Assembly: GCF_000970085.1 (NCBI RefSeq)
Contig: NZ_CP009506.1
Span: 3,190,860-3,222,859 of the forward strand
Direction of reading: 5' to 3'
Source of the DNA: Methanosarcina siciliae T4/M
GTDB lineage: Archaea > Halobacteriota > Methanosarcinia > Methanosarcinales > Methanosarcinaceae
Length of the DNA: 32,000 nucleotides
Shown here: positions 1-10,434 of the stretch, one piece after another
Layout of the letters: each line of letters begins with the position of its first letter
Position numbering within the stretch: position 1 is the first letter of the stretch
Made by a program: the position numbers and the translations under genes
Notes under the pieces: model-generated
The model's database searches: none
What the model was told of the DNA's origin: nothing
What the model saw: only the letters and a program-made list of their open reading frames with translations

Positions 1-27
1 ATTACAATTTGTCTTTTCTCTTCGTCT

Positions 28-140
28 TATTTACGGGAAAGACCGCTCTCCTGCGTTGAGCGGGAAAGAATGACCCGTTACAGTGAATAAGGTTGTTACA
101 GTGAATAAGGTTGTATGGGTCAGAAATACTTGCAATTCAT
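28..140. repeat. Copy A of a roughly 95-110 nt dispersed intergenic repeat (partner at 18697-18788 on the opposite strand)
   Basis: The core GGGAAAGACCGCTCTCC (35-51) is the exact reverse complement of 18766-18782. Flanking blocks also align (GGTTGTAYGGGTCAGA, a second GGAAAGA block, AATT tail). Copy A carries an internal 18-bp duplication. Confidence 0.7.
77..112. repeat. Perfect 18-bp tandem duplication (GTTACAGTGAATAAGGTT x2) inside repeat copy A
   Basis: Read directly: 77-94 equals 95-112. A degenerate third copy lies near 150-170 (GTACGATGAATAAAGTTGTT). Confidence 0.9.
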
Positions 141-179
141 GAGTGACTTGGTACGATGAATAAAGTTGTTTTTCCCTCT

Positions 180-3100
180 TCACTCATTCTTTTTACTCCA
201 CAGTGCACCTGCGAGCAAAAGAGCGATACATGTCACAAAACCAAGGGCTGGTATATTCCTGTCACCTTCACTACCATTTTCGCTGCCTCTTTTGGTGGAA
301 TTTTCCGTATTTTCGCGTGTTATCCATACTTCCGGAACCCCGTCTGGACCTGTTTCAGGAGAGTTATTCTGCACGTCTGTATCGGAAGAAGACCTTAAAG
401 ATCCGCTCTGCTGGCCGGCAACTGCAAAAGCTGCAAAACCCGGAGTTTCGGATTCAAAATAGAAGAATGCTTCATCTTCTCCGGTGATCCGGGAAGGAAG
501 TCCTGTCCAGTTCGAATCCGAGTACCTGTAAAGAGAAATAGAAGCCGGATAAATTCTATTTTCGGAAATCCAGTCTTTTTCTACCATGAAACTGACTGTG
601 GGGTTCTGAATGTTCTCAGGGGAGGCAAAACCGCTGTTGCCGGCCCAGATATTTAAGTGTCTGTAAACTTCGCCTTCCGGCAGGTCTGAAACCAGAACGG
701 ACTGATTTTTCAGCATTTCCACGGTAACTGTGACTTTTCCGGCGTTTTTCCTGGCATCAAACTCCACAGCTGTTACAGGGGTTGCGTTTCTGGCAAAATA
801 AAACCGGATATGCCTTCCACTGGTGACGAAATTCTGCACCAGTTCCTTGCTTTCAACATTACTTGCGGGCTCGGGGGAGCCGCCTGCACCGCCTCCTCCG
901 CTTCCTCCACTTCCACCGCCCCCTGAACTTTTGATGCTCCTGCTCACATTATCTTCACTTGTGTCCTCAGGCATGTCCGTCTCTTCGTCTGCAGGAGAGG
1001 TTGTCAGGGTCCAGCTGTGCTGCAGGGTTGAAGAGCCATTTGTTGCAATAACTGTCAGGGTGTATTTCGTTGGGACAGGGGTTGAAGTATTGCTCTCGGT
1101 TATACTGCCCGCAAATTCGCCGGTATCTACGGAAAGGGTAGCAGAAGGGGCAAATTCACTTGTCTGGAGCAGGGCTTCGTTTAGCAGCCAGCTGAAAGTG
1201 CAGTCTCTAGTAGACTTGATCCCGAATTCCAGGGTATTCCCGTCAATTAAAACCGTGCTCTGGGCAGGAGTTGCACTCCCTATCTCAAAACCTCTGGAGT
1301 AAGCTGACAATCCGGCAATAAGGGGGGAAGAATCACTGCCGTAAGGGGTGTCTCCTATCCCGCTTCCGTCTGAGTCCGAGCCGTTATAATCCGAGTAAAA
1401 GTTTCCAAACCGGCTCTCGTAAATTCCTCCATTGTACAGGTAGCGTATTTCCGTATCCGTGTTCCAGGTGTTTGAAAGCCCTGTTTCTCCTGAAGAACTT
1501 TCATTTATATTTAGGCTGTTCTCGAACTCGTTTTCAAGGATTCTATTCCGGAAAGAGTCTGTTAACCTGAGCCCTTCCGCATTATTCGATAGGTTGTTGC
1601 CTGTAAGGGTATTGTCAGGTGACTCTTCGAGGAGGACTCCCTGACTGCAGCCTGATATCTTATTGTTCTCAAGTGTACAGGCGGCTGCACTTTCCAGATA
1701 TATGCCAGCCCCTCCGGCTTCATCATTTCCTCCGGAGTCATCAATTTTTCCAGAGTTACTTATTCCAGAGCCACTTATGCCAAAACCGCTGATCTTTGCA
1801 GCATTTGCAGTCACATGAAAAACGGGTTCTCCAGAGTTTTCAGCTTCGAGAACGGTATCATCAGGCTTTCCGGAGGCCGAACTGATATTCAGAGCCCAGC
1901 GCACATCCACATTTTCCCTGTACGTGCCAGGATATACCAGAACGGTATCTCCTGGTCTGCTGCTGTTTATGGCATCCGATATCGAGGAGAAATCTCCTTT
2001 TCCGTCTGTTTTCACAGTAAATGTGGAGGGATCGGCTGAGGCCTGTTCATGCAGCTTTAGGGCGTCTACAAGCCCGTATCCAAAAACATTATCGTATCCG
2101 GGCTCCCCCAGATCGGTTGATGAGGTTGAAAGTAGCCGTTTTATGTCCATAGCTGATTTTTCCGGAGCCGCGCTCCAGACCAGCGCTGCAATGGCTGCAA
2201 CATGAGGACAGGAAGCGCTAGTACCGTAAAACGTCTCCGAAACCCCGCCTGTACCTGTGACATTTACACCATCGAGTCCTGAGATGTCTATCTTTGGACG
2301 AATTTCAGGAGATGGATAGTAAAGCGTAACCGGGCCAACGGAAGAGAAGTACTCGATATAATAATCCCCGGATCCCCCTGTCCCGACTGCCCCTACGGTT
2401 ATCACTTCCGGAAGAGCCGGGTGCCCGAAAATAGAGTCTTTGGAAACGATGTTTACAGCCCTGAGCGTTGTCCCGGGCCAGTAGTAAACGTAGAGTTCGA
2501 GTTCACTGGCTTCCCCTGAAGTTTTTCGGACCTCGATAGATGCGTTAAGGGTTTCATTTTCACTGTTGGTATACATTATGTATTCAAGGGGGAGATTGTC
2601 CCCTTCCTGATAGACTTCACTGGACGCGATAGTCTCCAGAGTATTTCCGTCTTTGATGAAAAGGTCATAGTTATTTCCCGAATGTTCCCACCTGTCGTCC
2701 CACTGGAGAAAAACCCAGACTTTTCCCGAGGGCTGGATCTCAAGCCGCAGGTTCTCGACTTCTCCCTTCCCACGGCTGAAGTCGTGCCAGCCACTTCCGT
2801 TGTCATAAAAAAAGCCCTGGTAATGGCTGTCTCCTGAATTTCCTGCAGAGCTTACGTAAAGAAGATCGTGCTCTTTTATAACCTCTCTCACATGGGCTGC
2901 CACTGTCCCGTCTTCAAAGAAGGGTTCGGCAAGCCAGCCTATATCATCGCAGATAACCGTGCATCCTTTGCTAACAAGGACATCGACCGCCCTGTTGAAT
3001 TCGAGCCTGCTATTTCCGCAGTCGTGGAAATACAGTTCTGCTCCCGGAGCGATATCGTAGACGATTTCAAGCATATTCGTGCCTTCATTACCCCCCATAT

Positions 3101-3842
3101 TATTGCTCAGGACATGTACGTCGGAAGGCAGGTCCCCCGTAGCCTGGGCGTCCTCAAGGTTGTCCACGCCGTCGGATATAATCCCGATTTTTATTCCTGT
3201 TCCGTTTACTCCGTAAAGTTCCCTGAGGCTGGACGCGTTAAGAATCGAGTCTCCTTCCGTAACCGTATTTCCCTGCCTGACAAAAGGAGGCAGGACAGTT
3301 TGAATATTCCTTACCTCAGAAAGAGCAGCCAGTGTCTCAAGGGATTCAAGCGGAACCCACGCTACTGCAATATGATTTTCTTCGTCCCTGTCCTCAACCT
3401 CGCAGTATCTGTCAAGTATGCTGCTGTTTGCAGATGGCTCCAGATAAATGTACACGTAAACTTTTTCATCCGGATAAGAAGAAGTTTCGCTGGAATTTTC
3501 TCCCGAGCCCGCAGCAATTTCCTGATATTCTCCGGAAAGAACCGCTCTTCTCGAAACAGGATCTTCCTGCTTCAACTGGCCCAGTTCTACCATACGGGTT
3601 TTCAGGGTTTCAGCTGACTCTTTCCCGGACAGATATCTTTCGTCACTCAACTGCAGAAGGTCACCTGAGAGTTTCTTCTGGGCAGGGCTTAGGGTCTCTT
3701 CCGAATAACCCTGCCCTCCATTATCCACGGAAATACTGCTGTTTCCACTGTTGTTTTCCCCCTGAATTAGTTCAGCTGCAAAAGCTATCTGCATAACAGT
3801 AACCAGAAAGATAACGGATAGGCACCATCTTACTTTGCTCAT
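180..3842 (-). CDS. Secreted S8 (subtilase)-like peptidase with parallel beta-helix repeats, a PGF-pre-PGF domain and a PGF-CTERM-like anchor
   Basis: 1220-aa ORF with signal peptide MSKVRWCLSVIFLVTVMQIAFA. Subtilase motifs are GIKIGIISDGVD (Asp), VSSAGNSG (oxyanion Asn) and GTSASCPHVAAIAALV (Ser). NosD/PbH1-like repeats follow (NNKISGCSQGVLLEES, NNLSNNAEGLRL), then a Gly/Ser linker. The PGF-pre-PGF signature is VESKELVQNFVTSG...LNIWAGNSGF...ETPGFAAFAVAG. The C-terminus is a hydrophobic helix ending KKNE. Confidence 0.9.
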   Translation of the reverse strand: MSKVRWCLSVIFLVTVMQIAFAAELIQGENNSGNSSISVDNGGQGYSEETLSPAQKKLSGDLLQLSDERYLSGKESAETLKTRMVELGQLKQEDPVSRRAVLSGEYQEIAAGSGENSSETSSYPDEKVYVYIYLEPSANSSILDRYCEVEDRDEENHIAVAWVPLESLETLAALSEVRNIQTVLPPFVRQGNTVTEGDSILNASSLRELYGVNGTGIKIGIISDGVDNLEDAQATGDLPSDVHVLSNNMGGNEGTNMLEIVYDIAPGAELYFHDCGNSRLEFNRAVDVLVSKGCTVICDDIGWLAEPFFEDGTVAAHVREVIKEHDLLYVSSAGNSGDSHYQGFFYDNGSGWHDFSRGKGEVENLRLEIQPSGKVWVFLQWDDRWEHSGNNYDLFIKDGNTLETIASSEVYQEGDNLPLEYIMYTNSENETLNASIEVRKTSGEASELELYVYYWPGTTLRAVNIVSKDSIFGHPALPEVITVGAVGTGGSGDYYIEYFSSVGPVTLYYPSPEIRPKIDISGLDGVNVTGTGGVSETFYGTSASCPHVAAIAALVWSAAPEKSAMDIKRLLSTSSTDLGEPGYDNVFGYGLVDALKLHEQASADPSTFTVKTDGKGDFSSISDAINSSRPGDTVLVYPGTYRENVDVRWALNISSASGKPDDTVLEAENSGEPVFHVTANAAKISGFGISGSGISNSGKIDDSGGNDEAGGAGIYLESAAACTLENNKISGCSQGVLLEESPDNTLTGNNLSNNAEGLRLTDSFRNRILENEFENSLNINESSSGETGLSNTWNTDTEIRYLYNGGIYESRFGNFYSDYNGSDSDGSGIGDTPYGSDSSPLIAGLSAYSRGFEIGSATPAQSTVLIDGNTLEFGIKSTRDCTFSWLLNEALLQTSEFAPSATLSVDTGEFAGSITESNTSTPVPTKYTLTVIATNGSSTLQHSWTLTTSPADEETDMPEDTSEDNVSRSIKSSGGGGSGGSGGGGAGGSPEPASNVESKELVQNFVTSGRHIRFYFARNATPVTAVEFDARKNAGKVTVTVEMLKNQSVLVSDLPEGEVYRHLNIWAGNSGFASPENIQNPTVSFMVEKDWISENRIYPASISLYRYSDSNWTGLPSRITGEDEAFFYFESETPGFAAFAVAGQQSGSLRSSSDTDVQNNSPETGPDGVPEVWITRENTENSTKRGSENGSEGDRNIPALGFVTCIALLLAGALWSKKNE

Positions 3843-4246
3843 AACGACCAGTGAATCAACTTTTCAAATATCCGGAAAGCTCCTGATAGATATATAAAAA
3901 TGCAGGTAACGGATAAACTCTCTAAAAAAGCTCTCGTCCCCACGAAACTTTGCTCCCTGAATAAAATTAACGAGCTGATAAGTTATAAATTCATAAGATT
4001 ATCTGATAAGATAAACTGTTACTGTAACTGTCAGATTGATAATCCTGATGTTGTTTTTACCGTTTTAACATCTCTCAAGCAGACTCGTATAAAGGATAAT
4101 TGCAGTTTCATTTTTATAGTTGTATTTTCATAAAAATGATACGTAGGCCGGGAGGGTAGTTTTGCAGACTTACGGCACTGTCCGGCTATCTTAGACTAAA
4201 TGAGGAAATAAAAATGAGAGGGAAAGTAGCCGAATTCCCTGCAGAA

Positions 4247-4302
4247 TGTAAATCTATCCTGATGTAAATCTATCCTGATGTAAATCTATCCTGATGTAAA
4301 TA
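4247..4302. repeat. 16-bp tandem repeat TGTAAATCTATCCTGA x3 plus a partial fourth copy
   Basis: Read directly: 4247-4262, 4263-4278 and 4279-4294 are identical, and 4295-4302 is partial. Confidence 0.95.
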
Positions 4303-4659
4303 GGACTTAAACTTTCTAAAAATACTTGTTTTCAAGTTTCTTCTTTAGTCTCAATTTTCTTTCTGCGTTTTGGGCAGGGCCGCTAGACAAGCTGGCGGAT
4401 ACATCTGATATTTAGCTGAAATTAAAAATCGGTTTTCGGTGTTAAGAAAAGCATCCTCTTAGCTATGGAGACACTTGTTGAGTATATTTATCTCTCAATT
4501 GTAGCGCCTGCTTGCAGATGGTTTTCTACTGGACTGGCTGACCGGCCGGCACAGACCCAATGAGGCGCTGGGGAAGAAAAAAGGTAGATTCCCTCCTTCT
4601 GGATTCCGGAAGCGATCAAACAACCGTCAGGAATTTTCAAAGTGAAGAAAGCTTGAAGA

Positions 4660-5416
4660 ATTAATTTTGGTATTGTTAATTAAATAGAGGTAACTCTTTA
4701 TTTCTGTGTTTCATCAATAGAAGAACAGAGTACTTTAGCATTTCAAGACTCTTCGTATAACACTTTGTCTTTCGTCTCAACCTTGCCAGAAAGTGCCTCA
4801 ATATGCCATTATATCCTTCAACTGTATACGTTTCTGCTTTGGATTGAGTATGAATGGTTTCAGGAATAAACTCTGCATATGCCCTCCAGTGATCAGTCAT
4901 CACTTCTCCAATCTCTTTCTTCTTTAATTTTTCCCAGAGTAGTTGTCCAGTTTTCGTTCCTCTGCTACCAAAAGAGCAGTTGATGAACTTTTTCCCAACT
5001 CTATCAACAGCAATCCAGATCCAGCAATATTTTTTTTGTTACCGATGTAAGTGTGCATCTCATCCAGTTCAACAATAGATATCTCATTTTCGCTTTTTAG
5101 CTCCTCTATCTCCTGACCAAATTTCTTTATCCATTTTTGGACAGAAACATGACTTACCCCTAAAAATCGTCCTATTGAGCGAAATCCTAATCCCTCAAGA
5201 TAAAGTTGCAAAGCCTGTCTCTTAACTAGAGGAGAACTAGCAGTTGATTTTAGCTCGACTGAATAGTTATATCCACAATCGTGGCATTTGTAGCGTTGAC
5301 GTCCACAAACTATACCGTTTTTTGTGTGATTGGAACTTTTGCATCTTGGGCAGTTCATGCAGAAATATAGGTTTTCATAATATATAACTATAATTAACTA
5401 CCAATGCCAAATTTTT
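4660..5416 (-). mobile_element. IS1-family insertion sequence (about 760 bp); ends are approximate
   Basis: Imperfect terminal inverted repeats: AATTTTGGTATTG-TTAATTA near 4662-4681 against the reverse complement of TAATTAACTACCAATGCCAAATTT at 5391-5414. Size and two-ORF organisation are typical of IS1. Confidence 0.75.
4676..5358 (-). CDS. IS1-family transposase: InsA-like zinc-finger/HTH ORF (4924-5358) fused to the DDE part by a -1 frameshift
   Basis: The N-terminus is CPRCKSSNHTKNG...YKCHDCGY plus an HTH (FRSIGRFLGVSHVSVQKW). The A8 run at 5030-5037 (minus strand AACAAAAAAAATATT) joins ...DEMHTYIGNKK in the -1 frame to YCWIWIAVDRVGKKFINCSFGSRGTKTGQLLWEKLKKKEIGEVMTDHWRAY... (the 75-aa ORF 4676-4903). 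Confidence 0.8.
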
Positions 5417-5492
5417 AAAGGGGGAAGAGGTCGGAGTATTAAGAAATAATATCCCCTTTAATAGGAGCAGCCTATAGTTCTTATTACGGTTT

Positions 5493-6209
5493 TCAGGACA
5501 CGAGTGAAAAAAGATAAAGCAGCACCGGTGCCAGAACAACTGTAATAAGGCCGGCAATCCCTATTGCAAGCCCGCTCATTGCTCCTTCGGTTTCCCCGAG
5601 TTCTATTGCCCTTGTTGTCCCGAGAGCATGGGAAGCTGTGCCGATTGCAATACCGACTGCAACCCCATCGTTTATGCGGAGGCAACGGCAGATGAAAGGC
5701 CCAAGTATAGCCCCTATTATTCCTGTTACTATAATTGCAGCTACGGTTATTGCGGGGAGGCCTCCTATCTGTTTTGAGATCTCTATTCCTATGGGGGTTG
5801 TCACGGATTTCGGGACAAGGGAATTGGTTATAACTTCATCAAGCCCGAAAAGGCTGGAAAAGATGAAGATGCTTGAAATGCCTGCAATACAGCCTGCAAT
5901 TATACCTGTTATTATGGGAAGAGCATCGCTTTTCAGGAGCTGGATTTTTTTGTAGAGAGGAACGGCAAGGACAACGGTTGCAGGCCCGAGGAAGAAGGAA
6001 ATGTAATCTCCGCCCACATTGTAGGTTTCAAAATCTATCCTGAAATAAAGGAGAAAAAGAATCACAAGCACAAAGCCTATAAGAAGAGGATTGAAGACCG
6101 AAGAACGGGTTTTTTTATAGAACAGAGTACCTATCTGGAAAGCAATTAAAGAAAGAAGAATTCCAAAAAGGGGTGTATTCACAAACTCTTTCAAAAAACC
6201 GGCCTGCAA
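5493..6209 (-). CDS. lrgB: LrgB/CidB-family membrane protein
   Basis: 238-aa polytopic membrane ORF with LrgB-like N-terminal and central motifs (TPLFGILLSL, NPLLIG, GPATVVLAVPLY, VTTPIG). A TTG start lies one nt after the lrgA stop. Confidence 0.85.
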   Translation of the reverse strand: MQAGFLKEFVNTPLFGILLSLIAFQIGTLFYKKTRSSVFNPLLIGFVLVILFLLYFRIDFETYNVGGDYISFFLGPATVVLAVPLYKKIQLLKSDALPIITGIIAGCIAGISSIFIFSSLFGLDEVITNSLVPKSVTTPIGIEISKQIGGLPAITVAAIIVTGIIGAILGPFICRCLRINDGVAVGIAIGTASHALGTTRAIELGETEGAMSGLAIGIAGLITVVLAPVLLYLFSLVS

Positions 6210-6210
6210 T

Positions 6211-6708
6211 TCAGCCTACCTCTCTTGTTTTTCTTTCGCGCTTTTGTATTTTATTATGTATATTTACTCTTTCTGATGCCTGTATTCTTTCGGATACCAG
6301 TGCTTTATCAGGAACCTTCTCTGTCTCACTTTTCCCTTTTCCAGAAAAGATCTCCTTCATTGACCTTTCTTGGAGGAATTTTTTGACAAACTCTACTGTC
6401 AGCCCGGTTACCCCCAGAATAACCACTGTTGAGACAACGGAAATCCCGATGACTGCGGTCAATTTTCCTTCAAGCATAGCAAAACAGGTTATAAGGCTGA
6501 CTCCTGCCGGAAGGAAGAAAAAAGCCAGGTTATCAAGTAGAAAATCGCTGATCCTGTCTATCATTTCGAGCTTGATCACACCCGAATACAGGCCGAAAAA
6601 AAGGATTAACATGCCCAGAATATTGCCCGGAACGGGCAACCCGAAGACCTTCTGAAGGAAATCACCCAGAAAATATATACCAAGAATAATAGAAAATTGT
6701 TTTAGCAA
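6211..6708 (-). CDS. lrgA: LrgA/CidA-family holin-like membrane protein with a charged C-terminal tail of about 45 aa
   Basis: 165-aa ORF with four predicted TM segments, placed directly upstream of lrgB. A TTG start is preceded by AGGAGG. Confidence 0.8.
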   Translation of the reverse strand: MLKQFSIILGIYFLGDFLQKVFGLPVPGNILGMLILFFGLYSGVIKLEMIDRISDFLLDNLAFFFLPAGVSLITCFAMLEGKLTAVIGISVVSTVVILGVTGLTVEFVKKFLQERSMKEIFSGKGKSETEKVPDKALVSERIQASERVNIHNKIQKRERKTREVG

Positions 6709-7004
6709 AACCTTTTTTGCCTCCTGTTGACTGGAAATGGACTAAATAAATACGATTATAAATACCTTCTCAATAATTAGAAAATTAGTTACAGTGTAAC
6801 CAAGACCCAAAAACAACCGGGATATTTGCTTTTCCAGATACTTACCTCCATATACCGGCTTCCAGATTCTTTCCTTTAGATTATTTTCCCAAGATTCTTT
6901 CACATTTACGATACTTTCGCACCTTCATGATACAAGCTGAACGTTTTCAAAGGGCACACAATAAATTCATATCGAGCAAACTCCTATTTTCATTTGGTGT
7001 TCTG

Positions 7005-8195
7005 ATGGGAGAAAAGCACTTAGTATACATGGACCACGCAGCCACCACTTTCACAAAACCGGAAGTGTTTGAAGCTATGCTGCCTTTTTTGAAAGAACAT
7101 TTCGGAAATCCTTCTTCCCTATATTCAATCGGTAGAGAAGGCAGGGAGGCTGTGGAAACCTCAAGGGAAAAACTTTCAAAAGCACTTGGAGCCAGGCCTG
7201 AAGAAATTTATTTTACCTCAGGGGGCACCGAATCGGACAACTGGGCTGTCAAGGGGACGGCTTTTGCCAGGCAGAAAAAAGGAAAGCACATTATCACCAC
7301 GCCAATCGAACACCATGCAGTGCTTTACCCCTGCGAGTATCTCGAAGCGCAGGGATTTGACGTAACCTATCTGCCTGTGGACGAATACGGGCTTGTAAAC
7401 CCTGCGGAAGTGGAAGCTGCAATAAGAAAGGATACCGTCCTGATCTCGGTCATGTATGCCAATAACGAAATCGGGACACTCGAGCCTGTTCCGGAGATAG
7501 GGGAGGTTGCCAGGGAACATGGAATTCCCTTTCATACCGATGCCGTACAGGTAATCGGGAAAGTCCCCCTTGACCTGCAGAGAGAACATAAGGATGTGGA
7601 CATGCTCTCCCTTTCTTCGCATAAATTCTACGGGCCAAAAGGAATCGGAGCCCTTTACATAAGAGAAGGAACAAAAATTGACAATTACATGCACGGAGGC
7701 GCGCAGGAGGGGGGAAAACGCGCGGGGACAGAGAATGTTGCAGGGATCGTGGGCATAGGAAAGGCGATAGAACTTGCAGCTGCAAACATAGAAGAACATA
7801 ATGAAAAGCTCAGGAAAATGAGAGCCCGTCTTATGGCCGGAATCCTGGAAATTCCTTACTGCAGGCTAAACGGGCATCCGGAAAAACGCCTTCCAGGAAA
7901 CCTGAACTTTAGTTTTGAATATATCGAAGGAGAATCCCTGCTGCTCATGCTTGACCAGATGGGAATCTGCTGTTCAACAGGCAGCGCCTGCTCTTCGGGT
8001 TCTTCTGAGCCTTCGCATGTGTTACGGGCAATAGGCATACCCCCAAAAACCGCCCAGGGCACGCTGCGCCTGACCCTTGGAGATGCAAATTCCGAAGAAG
8101 ATATCGATTATGTCCTTGAAGTGCTGCCTGAAGTCGTCGGAAAATTGAGGGCCATATCTCCATTCTACAAGCCGGAAAGTAAATGTGAAAAGTGA
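7005..8195 (+). CDS. iscS: Cysteine desulfurase (NifS/IscS class V aminotransferase)
   Basis: Motifs are YMDHAATT, SLSSHKFYGPKGIGALY (PLP Lys) and the active-site loop CSTGSACSSGSSEPSHVL. I moved the start to the ATG at 7005; the track ORF begins at 6927 and 7029 is also possible. Confidence 0.92.
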   Translation: MGEKHLVYMDHAATTFTKPEVFEAMLPFLKEHFGNPSSLYSIGREGREAVETSREKLSKALGARPEEIYFTSGGTESDNWAVKGTAFARQKKGKHIITTPIEHHAVLYPCEYLEAQGFDVTYLPVDEYGLVNPAEVEAAIRKDTVLISVMYANNEIGTLEPVPEIGEVAREHGIPFHTDAVQVIGKVPLDLQREHKDVDMLSLSSHKFYGPKGIGALYIREGTKIDNYMHGGAQEGGKRAGTENVAGIVGIGKAIELAAANIEEHNEKLRKMRARLMAGILEIPYCRLNGHPEKRLPGNLNFSFEYIEGESLLLMLDQMGICCSTGSACSSGSSEPSHVLRAIGIPPKTAQGTLRLTLGDANSEEDIDYVLEVLPEVVGKLRAISPFYKPESKCEK

Positions 8196-8204
8196 GGGAG
8201 TTTT

Positions 8205-8594
8205 ATGTACAATAAAAAGGTGATGGACCATTTCATGAATCCGAGAAACGTGGGAGAAATAGAGGATGCTGACGGCATAGGAGAAGCCGGAAACCCTCAT
8301 GGGGACCAGATGAAAATTTTCCTGAAAATCCGGGGCAACAGGATTGAAGATGTAAAGTTCAAGACATTTGGCTGTGCAGCAGCAATCGCATCCAGCAGTA
8401 TGGCAACCGAATTGATAAAAGGCAAGACCCTTGAAGAAGCCTGGGAACTTACAAACGAAGATGTGGCTGAAGCGCTTGAAGGCCTGCCCCCGGGAAAACT
8501 GGAGTGTTCGGTAGTTTCCAGGGAAGCAACCCACAGGGCAATCAATGATTACCGCAAAAAGCAGGGGCTTAAGCCTCTTCCGGAGCAGTCCTGA
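8205..8594 (+). CDS. iscU: IscU/NifU-N-like Fe-S scaffold protein, atypical ligand set
   Basis: 129 aa with MDHFMNPRNVG, FKTFGCAAAIASSS and PPGKLECS. SD GAGGGAG lies upstream, 10 nt after the iscS stop. The canonical first Cys (CGD) reads HGD. Confidence 0.85.
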   Translation: MYNKKVMDHFMNPRNVGEIEDADGIGEAGNPHGDQMKIFLKIRGNRIEDVKFKTFGCAAAIASSSMATELIKGKTLEEAWELTNEDVAEALEGLPPGKLECSVVSREATHRAINDYRKKQGLKPLPEQS

Positions 8595-8672
8595 AAGAAA
8601 GCAGGAACTCATGCAAAGCCTTCCGAGGATCTTTATCGTAAACTTGATCATAAGGGTACCAGATCATACCCT

Positions 8673-9647
8673 ATGAAAAAAATAGGGATCGCAATTACCG
8701 ACCCGGAAGACTGGACAGCCCGGACGTTCATCAATACAGCGAAGGAAAAAGGCTTTTCTCCTTTTGTTCTTGACCTCAGGACAGCAGAGGTTAGCATAAG
8801 TTCAAAAAATTCCGAGCAGGCAACTATTTTCAAGGCAGGGGAAAGCCTGCTCTCGGACCTTGATGCCCTTATTATCAGAGATGTCGGAGCAGGGGCTTTT
8901 GAAGGCGTATCTTTCAGGTTTGATATTCTGAGGGAACTGGAGGCAGGAGGAGTTCCGGTCATAAACTCTCCGGAAGCTATCCAGAATGCGGCAAACAAGT
9001 ACCATGCTTCTTACCTCCTGGCAAAAGTCGGGCTGCCAGTGCCTGAAACTGTAGCCGTCCAGAGCATTGAAGCAGCCTTAAAGGCAGCATCCCGGTTCGG
9101 AGATGCCGTAATAAAACCTGTTTTTGGATATAAGGGAAAGGATATCGCAAGGGTAAAAGACGGAGAAATAAGATTTTCAGACCGGCAAACCGGATCCGGA
9201 ACTGTGGAAGAGATTCTTGAAAAGCTGCTTGAAGAGAGGGGGATGCTGTATATTCAGGAGTTTATAGAAAATCCCGGGAGGGATATAAGGGTTTTTGTCG
9301 TGGGAGACACTGCCATAGGCGCTATTTACCGAAAAGCGGCTTCAGGTTCCTGGGTAAATAACCTCAGTCAGGGAGGAAGTGCAGACCGCTGTGTACTTAC
9401 AGGGGAACAAAAAGAAATTGCGGAAAAAGCTGCCCTTGCAGTAGGCACGACGTTTGCAGGTATTGATATAATAGAAGGACCCGAAGCTCAAACAGGCAAT
9501 GAAAATAAAAAAACTGAAGATAGAAGCGCTGGCCAAGGTTCCAGGATACTTGAAGTCAACGGAACGCCTTCAGGAAAAGGGATTTTTGATGCATGGGGTA
9601 TTAACCCTGCCGAACATATCCTGGAATACCTGCAAAATATATTATGA
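8673..9647 (+). CDS. RimK-family ATP-grasp alpha-L-glutamate ligase (candidate tetrahydrosarcinapterin synthase MptN or CofF-like; the assignment is not resolvable here)
   Basis: 324 aa with an ATP-grasp layout ([57 protein letters not shown]...[12 protein letters not shown]). Methanogens use RimK homologues to add glutamate to H4MPT and F420. Confidence 0.75.
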   Translation: MKKIGIAITDPEDWTARTFINTAKEKGFSPFVLDLRTAEVSISSKNSEQATIFKAGESLLSDLDALIIRDVGAGAFEGVSFRFDILRELEAGGVPVINSPEAIQNAANKYHASYLLAKVGLPVPETVAVQSIEAALKAASRFGDAVIKPVFGYKGKDIARVKDGEIRFSDRQTGSGTVEEILEKLLEERGMLYIQEFIENPGRDIRVFVVGDTAIGAIYRKAASGSWVNNLSQGGSADRCVLTGEQKEIAEKAALAVGTTFAGIDIIEGPEAQTGNENKKTEDRSAGQGSRILEVNGTPSGKGIFDAWGINPAEHILEYLQNIL

Positions 9648-9740
9648 ATTAACTATAAATGTCATTGACAATAGTGTAATATAATTTAGTAAGATACCAA
9701 ATAAAGGTATTCTCAACTCTGTAAATATACCAATATATAT

Positions 9741-9798
9741 AATATATAAAAATTATCCCTAACTCAAATATATATAGAAATTATCCCCTAACTCAAAT
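9741..9798. repeat. Tandem duplication of about 28-29 bp (ATATATA..AAATTATCCC(C)TAACTCAAAT x2) in an AT-rich intergenic region
   Basis: Read directly: 9750-9769 and 9778-9798 match apart from one extra C. Each copy is preceded by an ATATATA tract. Confidence 0.85.
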
Positions 9799-9974
9799 CC
9801 GTAAACTATCCATCCATAAACTATCTGACCTGCAAAAACAGTAGGCAACCTGTAAAACCGAAGTTGTCGAAGAAGACTTTGAGAAACCCCGAAAGAAACA
9901 TTCAAGCTCGGCCCGGCAAGGCTGACAGAAAACATTTAAGATATAGGCTGACCTTGATATGCCCGAGGAAAAGG

Positions 9975-10322
9975 ATGAGCGAATACAAACAGTGTATAGT
10001 TACCCGGGACGACCTGAAGCTTTCAAAAGGTAAGTTTGCCGTACAGGTAGCTCATGCAGCTATTTCCGCGGCTGAATGGGCAAGCAAAAGCGACCTTGAA
10101 AAATGGAAGGAAGGAGGGCAAAAAAAAATTGTCCTGAGAGTTCCCAACCTTAAGGACCTGTATGAACTTAAGGAAAAAGCAAGACGGGAAGGACTTCCTA
10201 CCGCCCTGATACAGGACGCAGGCCTTACGGAAATTCCGCCTGGGACGGTCACGGTGCTCGGGATAGGCCCGGCAAAAGAAGAGATTATAGATAAGGTTAC
10301 GCGGGATCTCAAACTTGTTTAA
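9975..10322 (+). CDS. pth2: Peptidyl-tRNA hydrolase, archaeal/eukaryotic Pth2 type
   Basis: The sequence [35 protein letters not shown]...TVLGIGPA is characteristic of the Pth2 family. I moved the start from the track's TTG (9864) to the ATG at 9975. Confidence 0.9.
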   Translation: MSEYKQCIVTRDDLKLSKGKFAVQVAHAAISAAEWASKSDLEKWKEGGQKKIVLRVPNLKDLYELKEKARREGLPTALIQDAGLTEIPPGTVTVLGIGPAKEEIIDKVTRDLKLV

Positions 10323-10434
10323 GTGACCTAAAAAGGATTGAACCCGTTCTAAAAAAGTGAGTAGAGGATACCTGAAGAGATGTTTTCACGGACAGAAAAA
10401 AGTTCTGTCTGTTATTCTATTCAGGAGGATATCA

